Shown here: piece by piece, positions 8,037 through 15,811 of the stretch
How the letters are laid out: each line of letters starts with the position of its first letter
Numbering within the stretch: position 1 is the first letter of the stretch
DNA from: a virus
Taxonomy: Duplodnaviria > Caudoviricetes
DNA length: 27,249 bases
Virus record (IMG/VR): IMGVR_UViG_3300047288_000081
Coordinates: 1 to 27,249 of that record
Strand: one strand, 5' to 3'
Made by a program: the position numbers and the translations under genes
Notes under the pieces: generated by a model
The model's input: the letters and a program-made list of their open reading frames with translations, nothing else
The model's database searches: none
What the model was told of the DNA's origin: nothing

Positions 8037-8291
8037 ATGACACCAAGAGAAAAAGCATCTGAGTTAGTTGATAAGTTTTCAAATAAATGTCTATTGACAA
8101 CAGATGGAGGTAAGGTTGCGGCCTTAATAGCGGTTAATGAAATTATAGACGCTTATGCTTATTTAGAAGTTGAAATATTGCATACACAATTTGGAGAAAT
8201 ACTTAATAAAATAAATGGAGAAATAAGAATAAAATATACAGAATTTTGTATGTATTGGGAACAAGTAAAAAAAGAAATAGACAAACTATAA
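8037..8291 (+). CDS. Hypothetical phage protein
   Basis: 84-aa ORF MTPREKA.ELV.KF...ALIAVNEII...YWEQVKKEIDKL. Confidence 0.75.
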   Translation: MTPREKASELVDKFSNKCLLTTDGGKVAALIAVNEIIDAYAYLEVEILHTQFGEILNKINGEIRIKYTEFCMYWEQVKKEIDKL

Positions 8292-8300
8292 AAAAGACTA

Positions 8301-8495
8301 ATGGATATTACTAAATGCAAAGGTGCCGGTTGTCCGATAAAAGAAAGTTGCAAAAGATATACAGCCAAGGAATCTTTAATGCAATCGTATTTTGTAGAGC
8401 CACCTTTTAAGTATAATAAATGTGATATGTACTGGGGTGAAAATGCTGAATCTATATTTAATCAATTAAAAAAAATAACAAATAAAAAAAACTAA
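8301..8495 (+). CDS. Small Cys-rich hypothetical protein
   Basis: DITKC.G.GCPIKESC.RY...C..YW, a probable metal-binding motif. Confidence 0.75.
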   Translation: MDITKCKGAGCPIKESCKRYTAKESLMQSYFVEPPFKYNKCDMYWGENAESIFNQLKKITNKKN

Positions 8496-8497
8496 CT

Positions 8498-8659
8498 ATG
8501 ACTGGATTAAGACACGCACTTAAAGAATATTTCATGGTTCATCAGATAGCTGGTAGCAACCCGATATTAGCATTCGATAACTTAAAACAACAATACGTTG
8601 TATTTTGGTACTTCAAAAAAAATACTATAATTAATCTTGGTTATGAAATAATTTTATAG
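8498..8659 (+). CDS. Hypothetical protein (53 aa)
   Basis: Hand-translated MTGLRHALKEYFMVHQIAGSNPILAFDNLKQQYVVFWYFKKNTIINLGYEIIL. Confidence 0.5.
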   Translation: MTGLRHALKEYFMVHQIAGSNPILAFDNLKQQYVVFWYFKKNTIINLGYEIIL

Positions 8660-8667
8660 TATATTTG
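8637..8667 (+). promoter_or_regulatory. Bacteroidota sigma-A type promoter for the replication operon
   Basis: TTG (8637-8639)-N20-TATATTTG (8660-8667). Confidence 0.75.
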
Positions 8668-8670
8668 CAA

Positions 8671-8757
8671 TAGTTATGGTTTGTGCGAACCTTTTAATAA
8701 CTACTTATTTAGCCTATTGCTGGCGGAGCGCACACTCCAAAAGCATTAGGCTTTTTT
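8671..8757 (+). ncRNA. Structured 5' leader RNA: two hairpins with complementary loops plus U tract (candidate attenuator)
   Basis: Hairpin 1: TAGTTAT-GGTT[TGTGCG]AACC-tttta-ATAACTA. Hairpin 2: AGCCTA-t-TGCT-ggc-GGAG[CGCACA]CTCC-aaa-AGCA-t-TAGGCT-TTTTT. Confidence 0.7.
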
Positions 8758-8766
8758 AATTTAATT

Positions 8767-9459
8767 ATGGCTAAACTAGGTTATACATGGTACCCAAAGG
8801 ATTGGGGCAATTCAGATAGTGTTTTTGAATTATCTTTATGCGAACGTGGATTATATAGAGAATTTATTGATTTCGCAATGTTAAATGATAATAAAACTGA
8901 GCTAAAAAAAGATGTTTGGGTTCGTAAATTTTCAGTTTCGATGAATGAATTAAATTTGATTTTAGATAAATTATTACAATTAAATCTTATTGAAATTAAC
9001 GAAAATATATTATTTATTCCTAGCTGCGAAAACAGATTGAATTTATCTCGTGGAGGTAAGAAAGGCAAGCCAACCAGGGAAAGTATTAATAACTTAAATA
9101 ATCAAAATAAACAAGGTACCTCGGAACCTATCTCGGAACCTACCTCGGAACAAAGAGAAAGAGAAAGAGAAAGAGAAATAGAAAGAGAAATAGAAAGAGA
9201 AATAGAAAGAGAAAGGCAAAATAATGGAATTATAAATTCAATAGAAAATTATTTTAAAGAATTACCAACCTCAACTAATTTTGAATTAATTGCTATTGCT
9301 TTAAATATTCCAAAAGATAAATTAACTTTAAAAATTGCAGACTTTAAAAAAACTTCTAAAATTGATTATCTTAACTTTAACGAATTTTGCAACCACTTTA
9401 AGAACTGGGCTAATAAAAATAATTCTAATAACCTAAAACTAAAAACAAGCTTCAAATGA
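8767..9459 (+). CDS. Putative replication initiator (YdaU/DUF1376-like N-terminus)
   Basis: WYPKDW...LSLCERGLYREFID N-terminus, RGGKKG, a central repeat-encoded linker, and a position directly upstream of DnaB (lambda O-like layout). Confidence 0.7.
   Translation: MAKLGYTWYPKDWGNSDSVFELSLCERGLYREFIDFAMLNDNKTELKKDVWVRKFSVSMNELNLILDKLLQLNLIEINENILFIPSCENRLNLSRGGKKGKPTRESINNLNNQNKQGTSEPISEPTSEQREREREREIEREIEREIERERQNNGIINSIENYFKELPTSTNFELIAIALNIPKDKLTLKIADFKKTSKIDYLNFNEFCNHFKNWANKNNSNNLKLKTSFK
9117..9216. repeat. Iteron-like repeats and purine tract, candidate replication origin
   Basis: 3 x 12 bp TA(C/T)CTCGGAAC(C/A) at 9117-9152, then (AGAGAA)4 at 9154-9177 and (ATAGAAAGAGAA)3 at 9178-9213. 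Confidence 0.75.
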
Positions 9460-10757
9460 TTCCAGCAAATACAAAATTAGAAGGTCAATTCCTCGGAGGA
9501 TTATTAATTAATTCAAGTGAATTTAAATATATTCAGGAACTATTTCACGAGGAATTATTTTACGATGAAAAAAACCAATTAATTGCAAAAGCTATTTTAA
9601 GCTTAAATAACGCATCTAAAAATATCGACCTTATAAATGTATCAAACGAGTTAGAAAGTACGCTTAAAATCAATCCTATTAGCTTTTACGACCTATCCTT
9701 GCTTACTAATGATGCTATACTAAACAGGTTCGATGAGAAAATACTAATTCTTAGCGAGTTTTACATTAAAAGAAAAATGATGTATAAGCTTTCAGAACTC
9801 CTAGAAAAAACCCAAGAATCAACATCAGATGTTTTTGAACTTTTAGCCGATAACGAAAAAAATACAAATGAGATATTTAACAAAATTTCTATTAGCAAAA
9901 CTTTTACAGCTTTAGATTGTGCAATCGAAATGGACCAGCACTTAGATAAAATTGATAAGTTAACAGATGGGGAGTTAATCGGTTGTGATACTGGGTTTAG
10001 TGAACTTAACAAACTTACTTCGGGTTGGCAAAATAGCGATTTAATTATATTAGCAGCTCGACCTGGAATGGGCAAAACTTCATTAATGCTTAACTTTGTT
10101 AATTCGGTTTTAAATCAAAATAAATCGGTATTAGTCTTTAGTTTAGAAATGTCTAAGCTTCAACTATATGCGAGGATGTGTTCACAAATAACATCGATTC
10201 CACTTTACAAATTTTTAAAAGAAAAAATGAATCCTTATGAAAAAGAACTATATAAAAACGAGACCTTTAAGTTATCGAACTCACAATTATTCATCGAAGA
10301 TAAAAGCGGTATAAGTATAAATTTTATTAAAGTAAAGGCCCGAAAATTAAAGAGAGATAAAGATATTAGCATGATAGTTATTGACTACATTGGACTTATT
10401 GACAAAGGCAATAATAACAAAAGTACTAACGATCAAGTAGCGGAAATATCAGGAGCATTAAAAGGATTGGCAAAAGAACTAAACATACCGATTATATTAT
10501 TAAGCCAGTTAAGTAGGGAAGTTGAGAAGCTAAATGATAAACGACCAATGCTATCACATTTAAGGGATTCAGGAGCTATTGAACAGGATGCTGATATGGT
10601 TATGTTTATTTATCGACCTGAGTATTATGGCATAATGGATGATGGAGCTGGTAATTCAACTATTGGTAAAGCAGAATTGATTGTTGCTAAACATCGGAAT
10701 GGAGCATTAAGCGATATAATTGTTAACTTTAACGGCAACTGTACAAATTTTTATTGA
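9456..10757 (+). CDS. dnaB: Replicative DNA helicase DnaB
   Basis: AARPGMGKT, FSLEMS, VIDYIGL, LSQLSR, LRDSGAIEQDAD and KHRNG. Confidence 0.97.
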   Translation: MIPANTKLEGQFLGGLLINSSEFKYIQELFHEELFYDEKNQLIAKAILSLNNASKNIDLINVSNELESTLKINPISFYDLSLLTNDAILNRFDEKILILSEFYIKRKMMYKLSELLEKTQESTSDVFELLADNEKNTNEIFNKISISKTFTALDCAIEMDQHLDKIDKLTDGELIGCDTGFSELNKLTSGWQNSDLIILAARPGMGKTSLMLNFVNSVLNQNKSVLVFSLEMSKLQLYARMCSQITSIPLYKFLKEKMNPYEKELYKNETFKLSNSQLFIEDKSGISINFIKVKARKLKRDKDISMIVIDYIGLIDKGNNNKSTNDQVAEISGALKGLAKELNIPIILLSQLSREVEKLNDKRPMLSHLRDSGAIEQDADMVMFIYRPEYYGIMDDGAGNSTIGKAELIVAKHRNGALSDIIVNFNGNCTNFY

Positions 10758-10758
10758 T

Positions 10759-11787
10759 ATGAATGTAGTTAGTTTATTTAATGGAATGAATACAGGCCGA
10801 CAAGCTTTAGAAAATGTAGGTATTAAAGTTGATAAATACTATTCAAGTGAGATTAAACCTTATGCAATAGAATTAACACAACATCATTTTCCTGATACTA
10901 TTCAAGTAGGGGATGTTACCAAATGGCGAGAATGGGATATTGATTGGCAAAGTATTGATTTAATTTTAAGCGGTTCGCCTTGTCAAGATTTAAGTGCAGC
11001 TGGTAAACGTGCAGGAATAAATGCAAGTAAAAGTAGTTTATTTTTTGTTTTTGTTGAGATATTAGAACATGTTAAATTATTTAATCCTAAAGTTTTATTT
11101 TTACAAGAAAATGTAGGTAGTGCAAGAAAAAAAGATATTGGTATTATGAGTAGAGCTTTAGGTGTTTATCCGGTTAGAATAAATAGTAGTTTAGTAACTG
11201 CTCAACTTCGTGATAGATATTATTGGAGTAACATAAGAACTAAAGAAACTATGTTTGATATTGTTACTGATATACCGCAACCAAAAAATAAAAAAATAAT
11301 GTTTAAAGATATTATTACAAGCGGTGAAGTAGATAGAAAAAAAAGTAAATGTTTATTATCTGGTTTATATAATTTATTTTGCTATAAAGATGAAACATCA
11401 AAAGAAGCTCAGCATTATTTAATTAATAGAGAAAAATTTGGTACTTTATTAATTTATGAAAATGATAAATTGAAATGTAAAACAAACACAATAAAAGGTT
11501 ATGATATAGTAACTGAAAATGATTGTTTAGATTTAAGTTTTCCAACATCAACAACTCGCAGAGCAAGAGTTACTAAAGGTAAAAGTCCTTGTTTAATGGA
11601 ATCAACAAATAACCTTTATAGTTATAAAGATGGAATTGTTAGAACAGTTAATCAAATAGAAATGGAACGTTTACAAGGTTTTCCTGATGGATATACTTCA
11701 ATATTATCTAAAGCTAAAGCTGGTAGTTTACTTGGCGATGGTTGGACACTACCAATAATAGAACATATTTTTAAATTTATAATATGA
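10759..11787 (+). CDS. DNA cytosine-5 methyltransferase
   Basis: Motif I VSLFNGM, motif IV GSPCQ, motif VI QENV, motif VIII Q.R.RYYW, then ERLQGFP and LGDGW. Start placed at ATG 10759. Confidence 0.92.
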   Translation: MNVVSLFNGMNTGRQALENVGIKVDKYYSSEIKPYAIELTQHHFPDTIQVGDVTKWREWDIDWQSIDLILSGSPCQDLSAAGKRAGINASKSSLFFVFVEILEHVKLFNPKVLFLQENVGSARKKDIGIMSRALGVYPVRINSSLVTAQLRDRYYWSNIRTKETMFDIVTDIPQPKNKKIMFKDIITSGEVDRKKSKCLLSGLYNLFCYKDETSKEAQHYLINREKFGTLLIYENDKLKCKTNTIKGYDIVTENDCLDLSFPTSTTRRARVTKGKSPCLMESTNNLYSYKDGIVRTVNQIEMERLQGFPDGYTSILSKAKAGSLLGDGWTLPIIEHIFKFII

Positions 11788-12062
11788 ATAAGAAAATTAA
11801 AGTTAAATATTTAAAATTAGGCAGAGAGAATATTTGGGGCCTTGCTCATTGCGGACTTAATCTTATCGAACTTGATATTAGATTGAAAGGTAAAAAGCAC
11901 CTGGAGATATTAACCCACGAAAGTTTACACATATTACTTCCTGAACTGGAAGAAGAAGATATTGTAAAACTCAGCGTAATATTAACAAAAACTTTATGGT
12001 CGGAGGGTTATCGGAAAATAGATAATAACAATGATATGCAATTACAAGATGGAAGTAAGTAA
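11784..12062 (+). CDS. Small HExxH zincin-like protein
   Basis: WGLA...IELD.RL...LEILTHESLH. Confidence 0.65.
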   Translation: MNKKIKVKYLKLGRENIWGLAHCGLNLIELDIRLKGKKHLEILTHESLHILLPELEEEDIVKLSVILTKTLWSEGYRKIDNNNDMQLQDGSK

Positions 12063-12113
12063 CATTATCCACAAAAACAAACTTAATGTAGAAATTAACC
12101 AACAAATAAAAAT

Positions 12114-12398
12114 ATGAATTACGAAAAATTTAAACAAATTATTGATTTGCAAATAGCTCACAATAAAAGATCAGATGAACTTTATGCTTTAAAAATTGAT
12201 TTATTAGAAACCTTTGATGAAATTACAAGAGCAAATGATTTGCTTTGGACTGAAGTATTAACAGAAAATGGCGATTATCATTTGTGTTATTATCTATACG
12301 AAATGAATGGTATTAATGGCACTCCCGATCTAAACGAAGAATATAAAAATGTAAAAAAGTTGTATGATTATTTAATAGAAAATAAAGGATTCAAATGA
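12114..12398 (+). CDS. Hypothetical protein
   Basis: 94-aa ORF. Confidence 0.7.
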   Translation: MNYEKFKQIIDLQIAHNKRSDELYALKIDLLETFDEITRANDLLWTEVLTENGDYHLCYYLYEMNGINGTPDLNEEYKNVKKLYDYLIENKGFK

Positions 12399-12721
12399 AT
12401 GTAACCGATTTTAACAAAGTAATTGAAAAAAGAATTGATTTGATTAAGTTAATTATGTTATCGAAAGGAAAAGAATATTCAACTGATTCCGATAAGTTCC
12501 ATAATTTTAAACAGTCAGTAGGTATTAGCTTTCATACATGCCCGGAGAAAATAGCGTGGGAGTTTGCTGTTAAACACTTTCAATCTATTAAAGATACTTT
12601 GGATTCAGTTGATAATGGAGCTGTAAATTATACAGATAAATATATTGAAGAAAAAATAGGTGATGCTATTAATTATCTTATTCTTATTGAGGGAATGTTA
12701 AAAGAACGTTTACTTGACTAA
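12395..12721 (+). CDS. DUF1599/Nmad-like all-alpha protein (possible nucleotide pyrophosphohydrolase fold)
   Basis: KGKEYS...FHNF...KH...EKIGDAINYLIL pattern. Confidence 0.55.
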   Translation: MNVTDFNKVIEKRIDLIKLIMLSKGKEYSTDSDKFHNFKQSVGISFHTCPEKIAWEFAVKHFQSIKDTLDSVDNGAVNYTDKYIEEKIGDAINYLILIEGMLKERLLD

Positions 12722-13117
12722 AGCAAACACTAAACAAGATACTCCGAAAATAATACTGATGCCTTTTAAACGCTTTTGTTTCTTTACCTCTAGGTTTAAC
12801 CCTTTTATTTGAATGGTTAATGATTTGTTTTCTTCGTCTTTATACTTGATTATAGTTACTTGATTTCCGATAATAGTTTGTAACTTATCTTCATTCTTTT
12901 TATATAAATTAACCTGGTTACCTTTGAAAATTAGTTGTTGCTGGCATAATGAATCTGCTAAGTAATATGCTTCAGCTTTATAATATTGTTTTGCTAAGAA
13001 TTTAGCTTTATCGGAACTAAAACAAATTAAAGTATCTTTATTATTTATAATTAAACTTTGAGAATATGCTGTCAAATTCAGCAACAAGGTTATTATTATT
13101 AAGCGTATCAATTTCAT
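12710..13117 (-). CDS. Exported coiled-coil membrane protein, possible spanin-like lysis component
   Basis: Signal peptide MKLIRLIIITLLLNLTAYSQ, coiled coil, C-terminal hydrophobic segment; last gene of the lysis block. Confidence 0.55.
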   Translation of the reverse strand: MKLIRLIIITLLLNLTAYSQSLIINNKDTLICFSSDKAKFLAKQYYKAEAYYLADSLCQQQLIFKGNQVNLYKKNEDKLQTIIGNQVTIIKYKDEENKSLTIQIKGLNLEVKKQKRLKGISIIFGVSCLVFALVK

Positions 13118-13376
13118 TTACTTTGGTTTTATATTTTATTATTACAGTTTGTTTTTTATTCTCCAATACGTTTAGCTCCTGAGTGTATTTATCAATAATA
13201 ATTTTATTCTTTTTTATATCGGAATATAAGCTATCATTAACTTTATTCAAATTATCAATTTCTATTCTATATCCTTGTATTATTCCAAGTTCGTTGTAAG
13301 GAGAATAAAGAAACCAAACAATTAATAAATGAACACATAATGTTATTATGCACAAAATTACCGATTTATTGTACAT
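13041..13376 (-). CDS. N-terminally anchored coiled-coil protein, possible i-spanin
   Basis: One N-terminal TM segment followed by a heptad-rich region; overlaps the next gene. Confidence 0.55.
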   Translation of the reverse strand: MYNKSVILCIITLCVHLLIVWFLYSPYNELGIIQGYRIEIDNLNKVNDSLYSDIKKNKIIIDKYTQELNVLENKKQTVIIKYKTKVNEIDTLNNNNLVAEFDSIFSKFNYK

Positions 13377-13381
13377 GACAA

Positions 13382-13606
13382 TTATTTTCTTGTACTAAAT
13401 TTATCAATAGTAGTTAATCCTAAACAACCAAAAGCTAATGCTGTTACACATTCAACTAAGGTATCTGAAGGCTTTATGTGTTCAGGTGTAAACTGATTAG
13501 CAAAAAGAGTACTGCATAGCATAATAGTACATATAAGACCACATACTCGTTTACTCGAAATCGTTCCTGTTTCATCTGCTAATATTTGTTTTATAAAATT
13601 TTTCAT
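13382..13606 (-). CDS. Putative holin-like two-TM protein
   Basis: ISSKRVCG followed by two hydrophobic segments and a basic C-terminus. Confidence 0.6.
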   Translation of the reverse strand: MKNFIKQILADETGTISSKRVCGLICTIMLCSTLFANQFTPEHIKPSDTLVECVTALAFGCLGLTTIDKFSTRK

Positions 13607-13848
13607 TCTTTTTTTCCTCGACTTTTGGTTATCTTACTTTGTAGTTTTTCAATTAACATTTCAATCCTTTGCTCCAATAATTCTATTCTCTTTTTAAGTT
13701 CGTTAATCTGATCTTCGTAAATTGTAATTACTTTGTTATTACCTGAAGCTTTTAATTCGTTTCTACTTTTAAAATAATCCCAAACATCCTTACCTTTCAG
13801 TACACCTATCAAGGCGACTACTATGCCAATAATAGAAACCTGGTCCAT
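13603..13848 (-). CDS. Small TM plus coiled-coil protein (holin/antiholin-like)
   Basis: N-terminal hydrophobic segment and coiled-coil C-terminus, next to the endolysin candidate. Confidence 0.55.
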   Translation of the reverse strand: MDQVSIIGIVVALIGVLKGKDVWDYFKSRNELKASGNNKVITIYEDQINELKKRIELLEQRIEMLIEKLQSKITKSRGKKE

Positions 13849-13849
13849 T

Positions 13850-14398
13850 TTAAAATTCTTTTAAAAGTGTGTAAGTATAGTTTAATTTTTTTGATTCCTT
13901 AGCCAAAGTTAAAATCTTTTTAAAGTCTGCAGGATTATTCAGCACTTGACAACCAGCACTCCATTTATCTATTATTGTAGATATTGATTTTTCGTTTGCC
14001 CTATGTATATTGATACCAAATAATCCCGTATCTAAAGTTAAATTTTCTTCTGCTTTATCATTTAAGTTTTTATCACGATAAACAGTTACTGGCTTTACTT
14101 GACAAAACGCTTCATATTTACCTTGATGCATTCCTATTCTCCAAGTATCAACGTATTGAGCTGGCTTTAATAATGCTGCTCCTTTTGGATTTAATAAGTT
14201 TTTTAACCAATGAACACCAGGATTAGTAGTACAACTAAACCACTCTATTTTATCATTATTAATTACTCCGAATAAGTCATCAAACTGATTAGGTAAATCC
14301 GCTTTTGAACGTATGCCAACAAAATTAATATCACTAAACCATTTGTAATTGTTTAATAAATATTGTGCTTTTATTTCTTCGATGCTATATTTTTTCAT
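13850..14398 (-). CDS. Putative endolysin with an L,D-transpeptidase (YkuD)-like catalytic motif
   Basis: GINIHRA-x11-WSAGCQV resembles the YkuD H-x14-17-S-x-G-C motif; the gene is flanked by membrane-protein genes. Confidence 0.6.
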   Translation of the reverse strand: MKKYSIEEIKAQYLLNNYKWFSDINFVGIRSKADLPNQFDDLFGVINNDKIEWFSCTTNPGVHWLKNLLNPKGAALLKPAQYVDTWRIGMHQGKYEAFCQVKPVTVYRDKNLNDKAEENLTLDTGLFGINIHRANEKSISTIIDKWSAGCQVLNNPADFKKILTLAKESKKLNYTYTLLKEF

Positions 14399-14589
14399 TT
14401 CTTACTTTCTAATTGTTCAACTCTGCGTTCTAAACTATCATGCTTAACATCCTGGACCATTACCATAGTTTTAATGTCGTTTAGGTCTTTACTCATCTTC
14501 ATCAAAGCATTAACCCCTAATGCTCCGATGAAAGATAAGATGGCTATCAACCCCGATACAAGCCATAAAAGAATGTCAAATTGTGTCAT
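14395..14589 (-). CDS. Small single-TM plus coiled-coil protein (XhlA-like architecture)
   Basis: TM segment ILLWLVSGLIAILSFIGALGV then a coiled coil. The start at ATG 14589 gives an ATGA overlap with the upstream gene. Confidence 0.6.
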   Translation of the reverse strand: MTQFDILLWLVSGLIAILSFIGALGVNALMKMSKDLNDIKTMVMVQDVKHDSLERRVEQLESKK

Positions 14590-14948
14590 ATATTTATTAA
14601 GTTCCATTGATTATTATTCCACGAATACATTTTGTTATCACTAGGATAAGGTATTGGTGCTTCCCATTTATAGTTTATTAAAATCCAATCTTCGTATGGC
14701 TTAGGTGAAATAAAAACATCATTTATACTATCATAAGTAAATCCTATTCCAGCATAAGTATTTCTAAAATTAGAATTATAAGAAGTTTGTTTTATCAAAT
14801 CGTAATCATAAATACTTTTAATATTTAATGAATCTATAAAATCAATTCCTAATTGTTCAACCTCAATTCCATTGTTAGTAATAATTTCGTTATCAATAAC
14901 TATTACAGCTATTACAATACTATCTTTTATTAATGCAAAGTTTGCCAT
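14586..14948 (-). CDS. Tail-fibre-associated protein
   Basis: MANFA.I...QTSYN..FR..YAGIG.TYD...D.FI.PKP...W.APIPYP...Y.W; follows the glycine-rich protein gene. Confidence 0.65.
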   Translation of the reverse strand: MANFALIKDSIVIAVIVIDNEIITNNGIEVEQLGIDFIDSLNIKSIYDYDLIKQTSYNSNFRNTYAGIGFTYDSINDVFISPKPYEDWILINYKWEAPIPYPSDNKMYSWNNNQWNLINI

Positions 14949-15811
14949 TATTTGTATTTATATTTTATTATTACTATTCCCGAACCACCACTTCCTGCTA
15001 ATGCTGTTCCATTTCTTTCAGCTCCTCCACCGCCACCGCCTGTGTTTGCTGTTGCTGAAACACCTGGGCCACCTAAACCACCTGCACCACCACCACCAAT
15101 ACCACCAACTCCTGCTATTCCAGCTGTTTGGTATACACAACCACCACCACCACCAGCGTAATAATTTCCAGTTATTGATGATAAAGTTCCTGCACCACCA
15201 TTTCCACCCACTAAACTTGTTCCATTTCCACCAACTGCAGCTGCTCCGCCACCGCCACCACAACCATAATTAGGTGATGCTGTTGCATTACCAGCTCCAT
15301 TACCTCCAGCAAAACCTTGTCCTGATGTTCCTGCTGCACCTGTTGTTGTAAAACCTGCTGATGCTTGAGCTGTACCTCCGCCTCCACTACCACCACTTAC
15401 AGCATTTGCAGAATAAGCACCTCCACCGCCACCCCCATTAGAAGTTATTGCATTAAAAGATGAATTTGTACCACTACTTCCTGCTACTGTGTAAACACTA
15501 CTACCAGCTCCACCACTACCTACAACAACTGCATAAGATTGAACAGCTATTGACAATCCAGTATTTGTTTTTAATCCTCCTGCTCCTCCTCCTGCTCCTA
15601 ATATACCACCACCACCTGCTGCACCACCAGCAACAACTAAATATTCAACTACATTGTTTGGGGCAGCTCCTAATGTAGAAACTACAAAATTTGAACTTGA
15701 ATTAAAAGTATGAATCTTATAATCTCCGACTGTTGTTATAGTTCCGCCCGTTGCAACTGTATATACTACAGGTGGCACTTTATTCATTAAAGGTATTAAG
15801 TTGTAATACAT
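14948..15811 (-). CDS. Glycine-rich tail/receptor-binding domain protein
   Basis: YKIHTFNSS, VEYLVVAGG, many GGGGG runs, ending GGSGIVIIKY. Confidence 0.8.
   Translation of the reverse strand: MYYNLIPLMNKVPPVVYTVATGGTITTVGDYKIHTFNSSSNFVVSTLGAAPNNVVEYLVVAGGAAGGGGILGAGGGAGGLKTNTGLSIAVQSYAVVVGSGGAGSSVYTVAGSSGTNSSFNAITSNGGGGGGAYSANAVSGGSGGGGTAQASAGFTTTGAAGTSGQGFAGGNGAGNATASPNYGCGGGGGAAAVGGNGTSLVGGNGGAGTLSSITGNYYAGGGGGCVYQTAGIAGVGGIGGGGAGGLGGPGVSATANTGGGGGGAERNGTALAGSGGSGIVIIKYKYK

Noticed and set aside
9117-9216. Possible CRISPR or mini-array
   Set aside because: The repeats are tandem 6-12 bp units without unique spacers and lie in frame within a gene.
10759-12400. Four consecutive genes starting ATGAAT
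   Set aside because: Plausibly explained by the A/T-rich second-codon bias; too short to support a repeat-mediated mechanism.
14872-15678. His-rich, Pro-rich and Trp-rich ORFs in the track (14872, 14952, 15018, 15211, 15460)
   Set aside because: These are antisense or alternative-frame shadows of the GGT/GGA codon runs of the glycine-rich gene.
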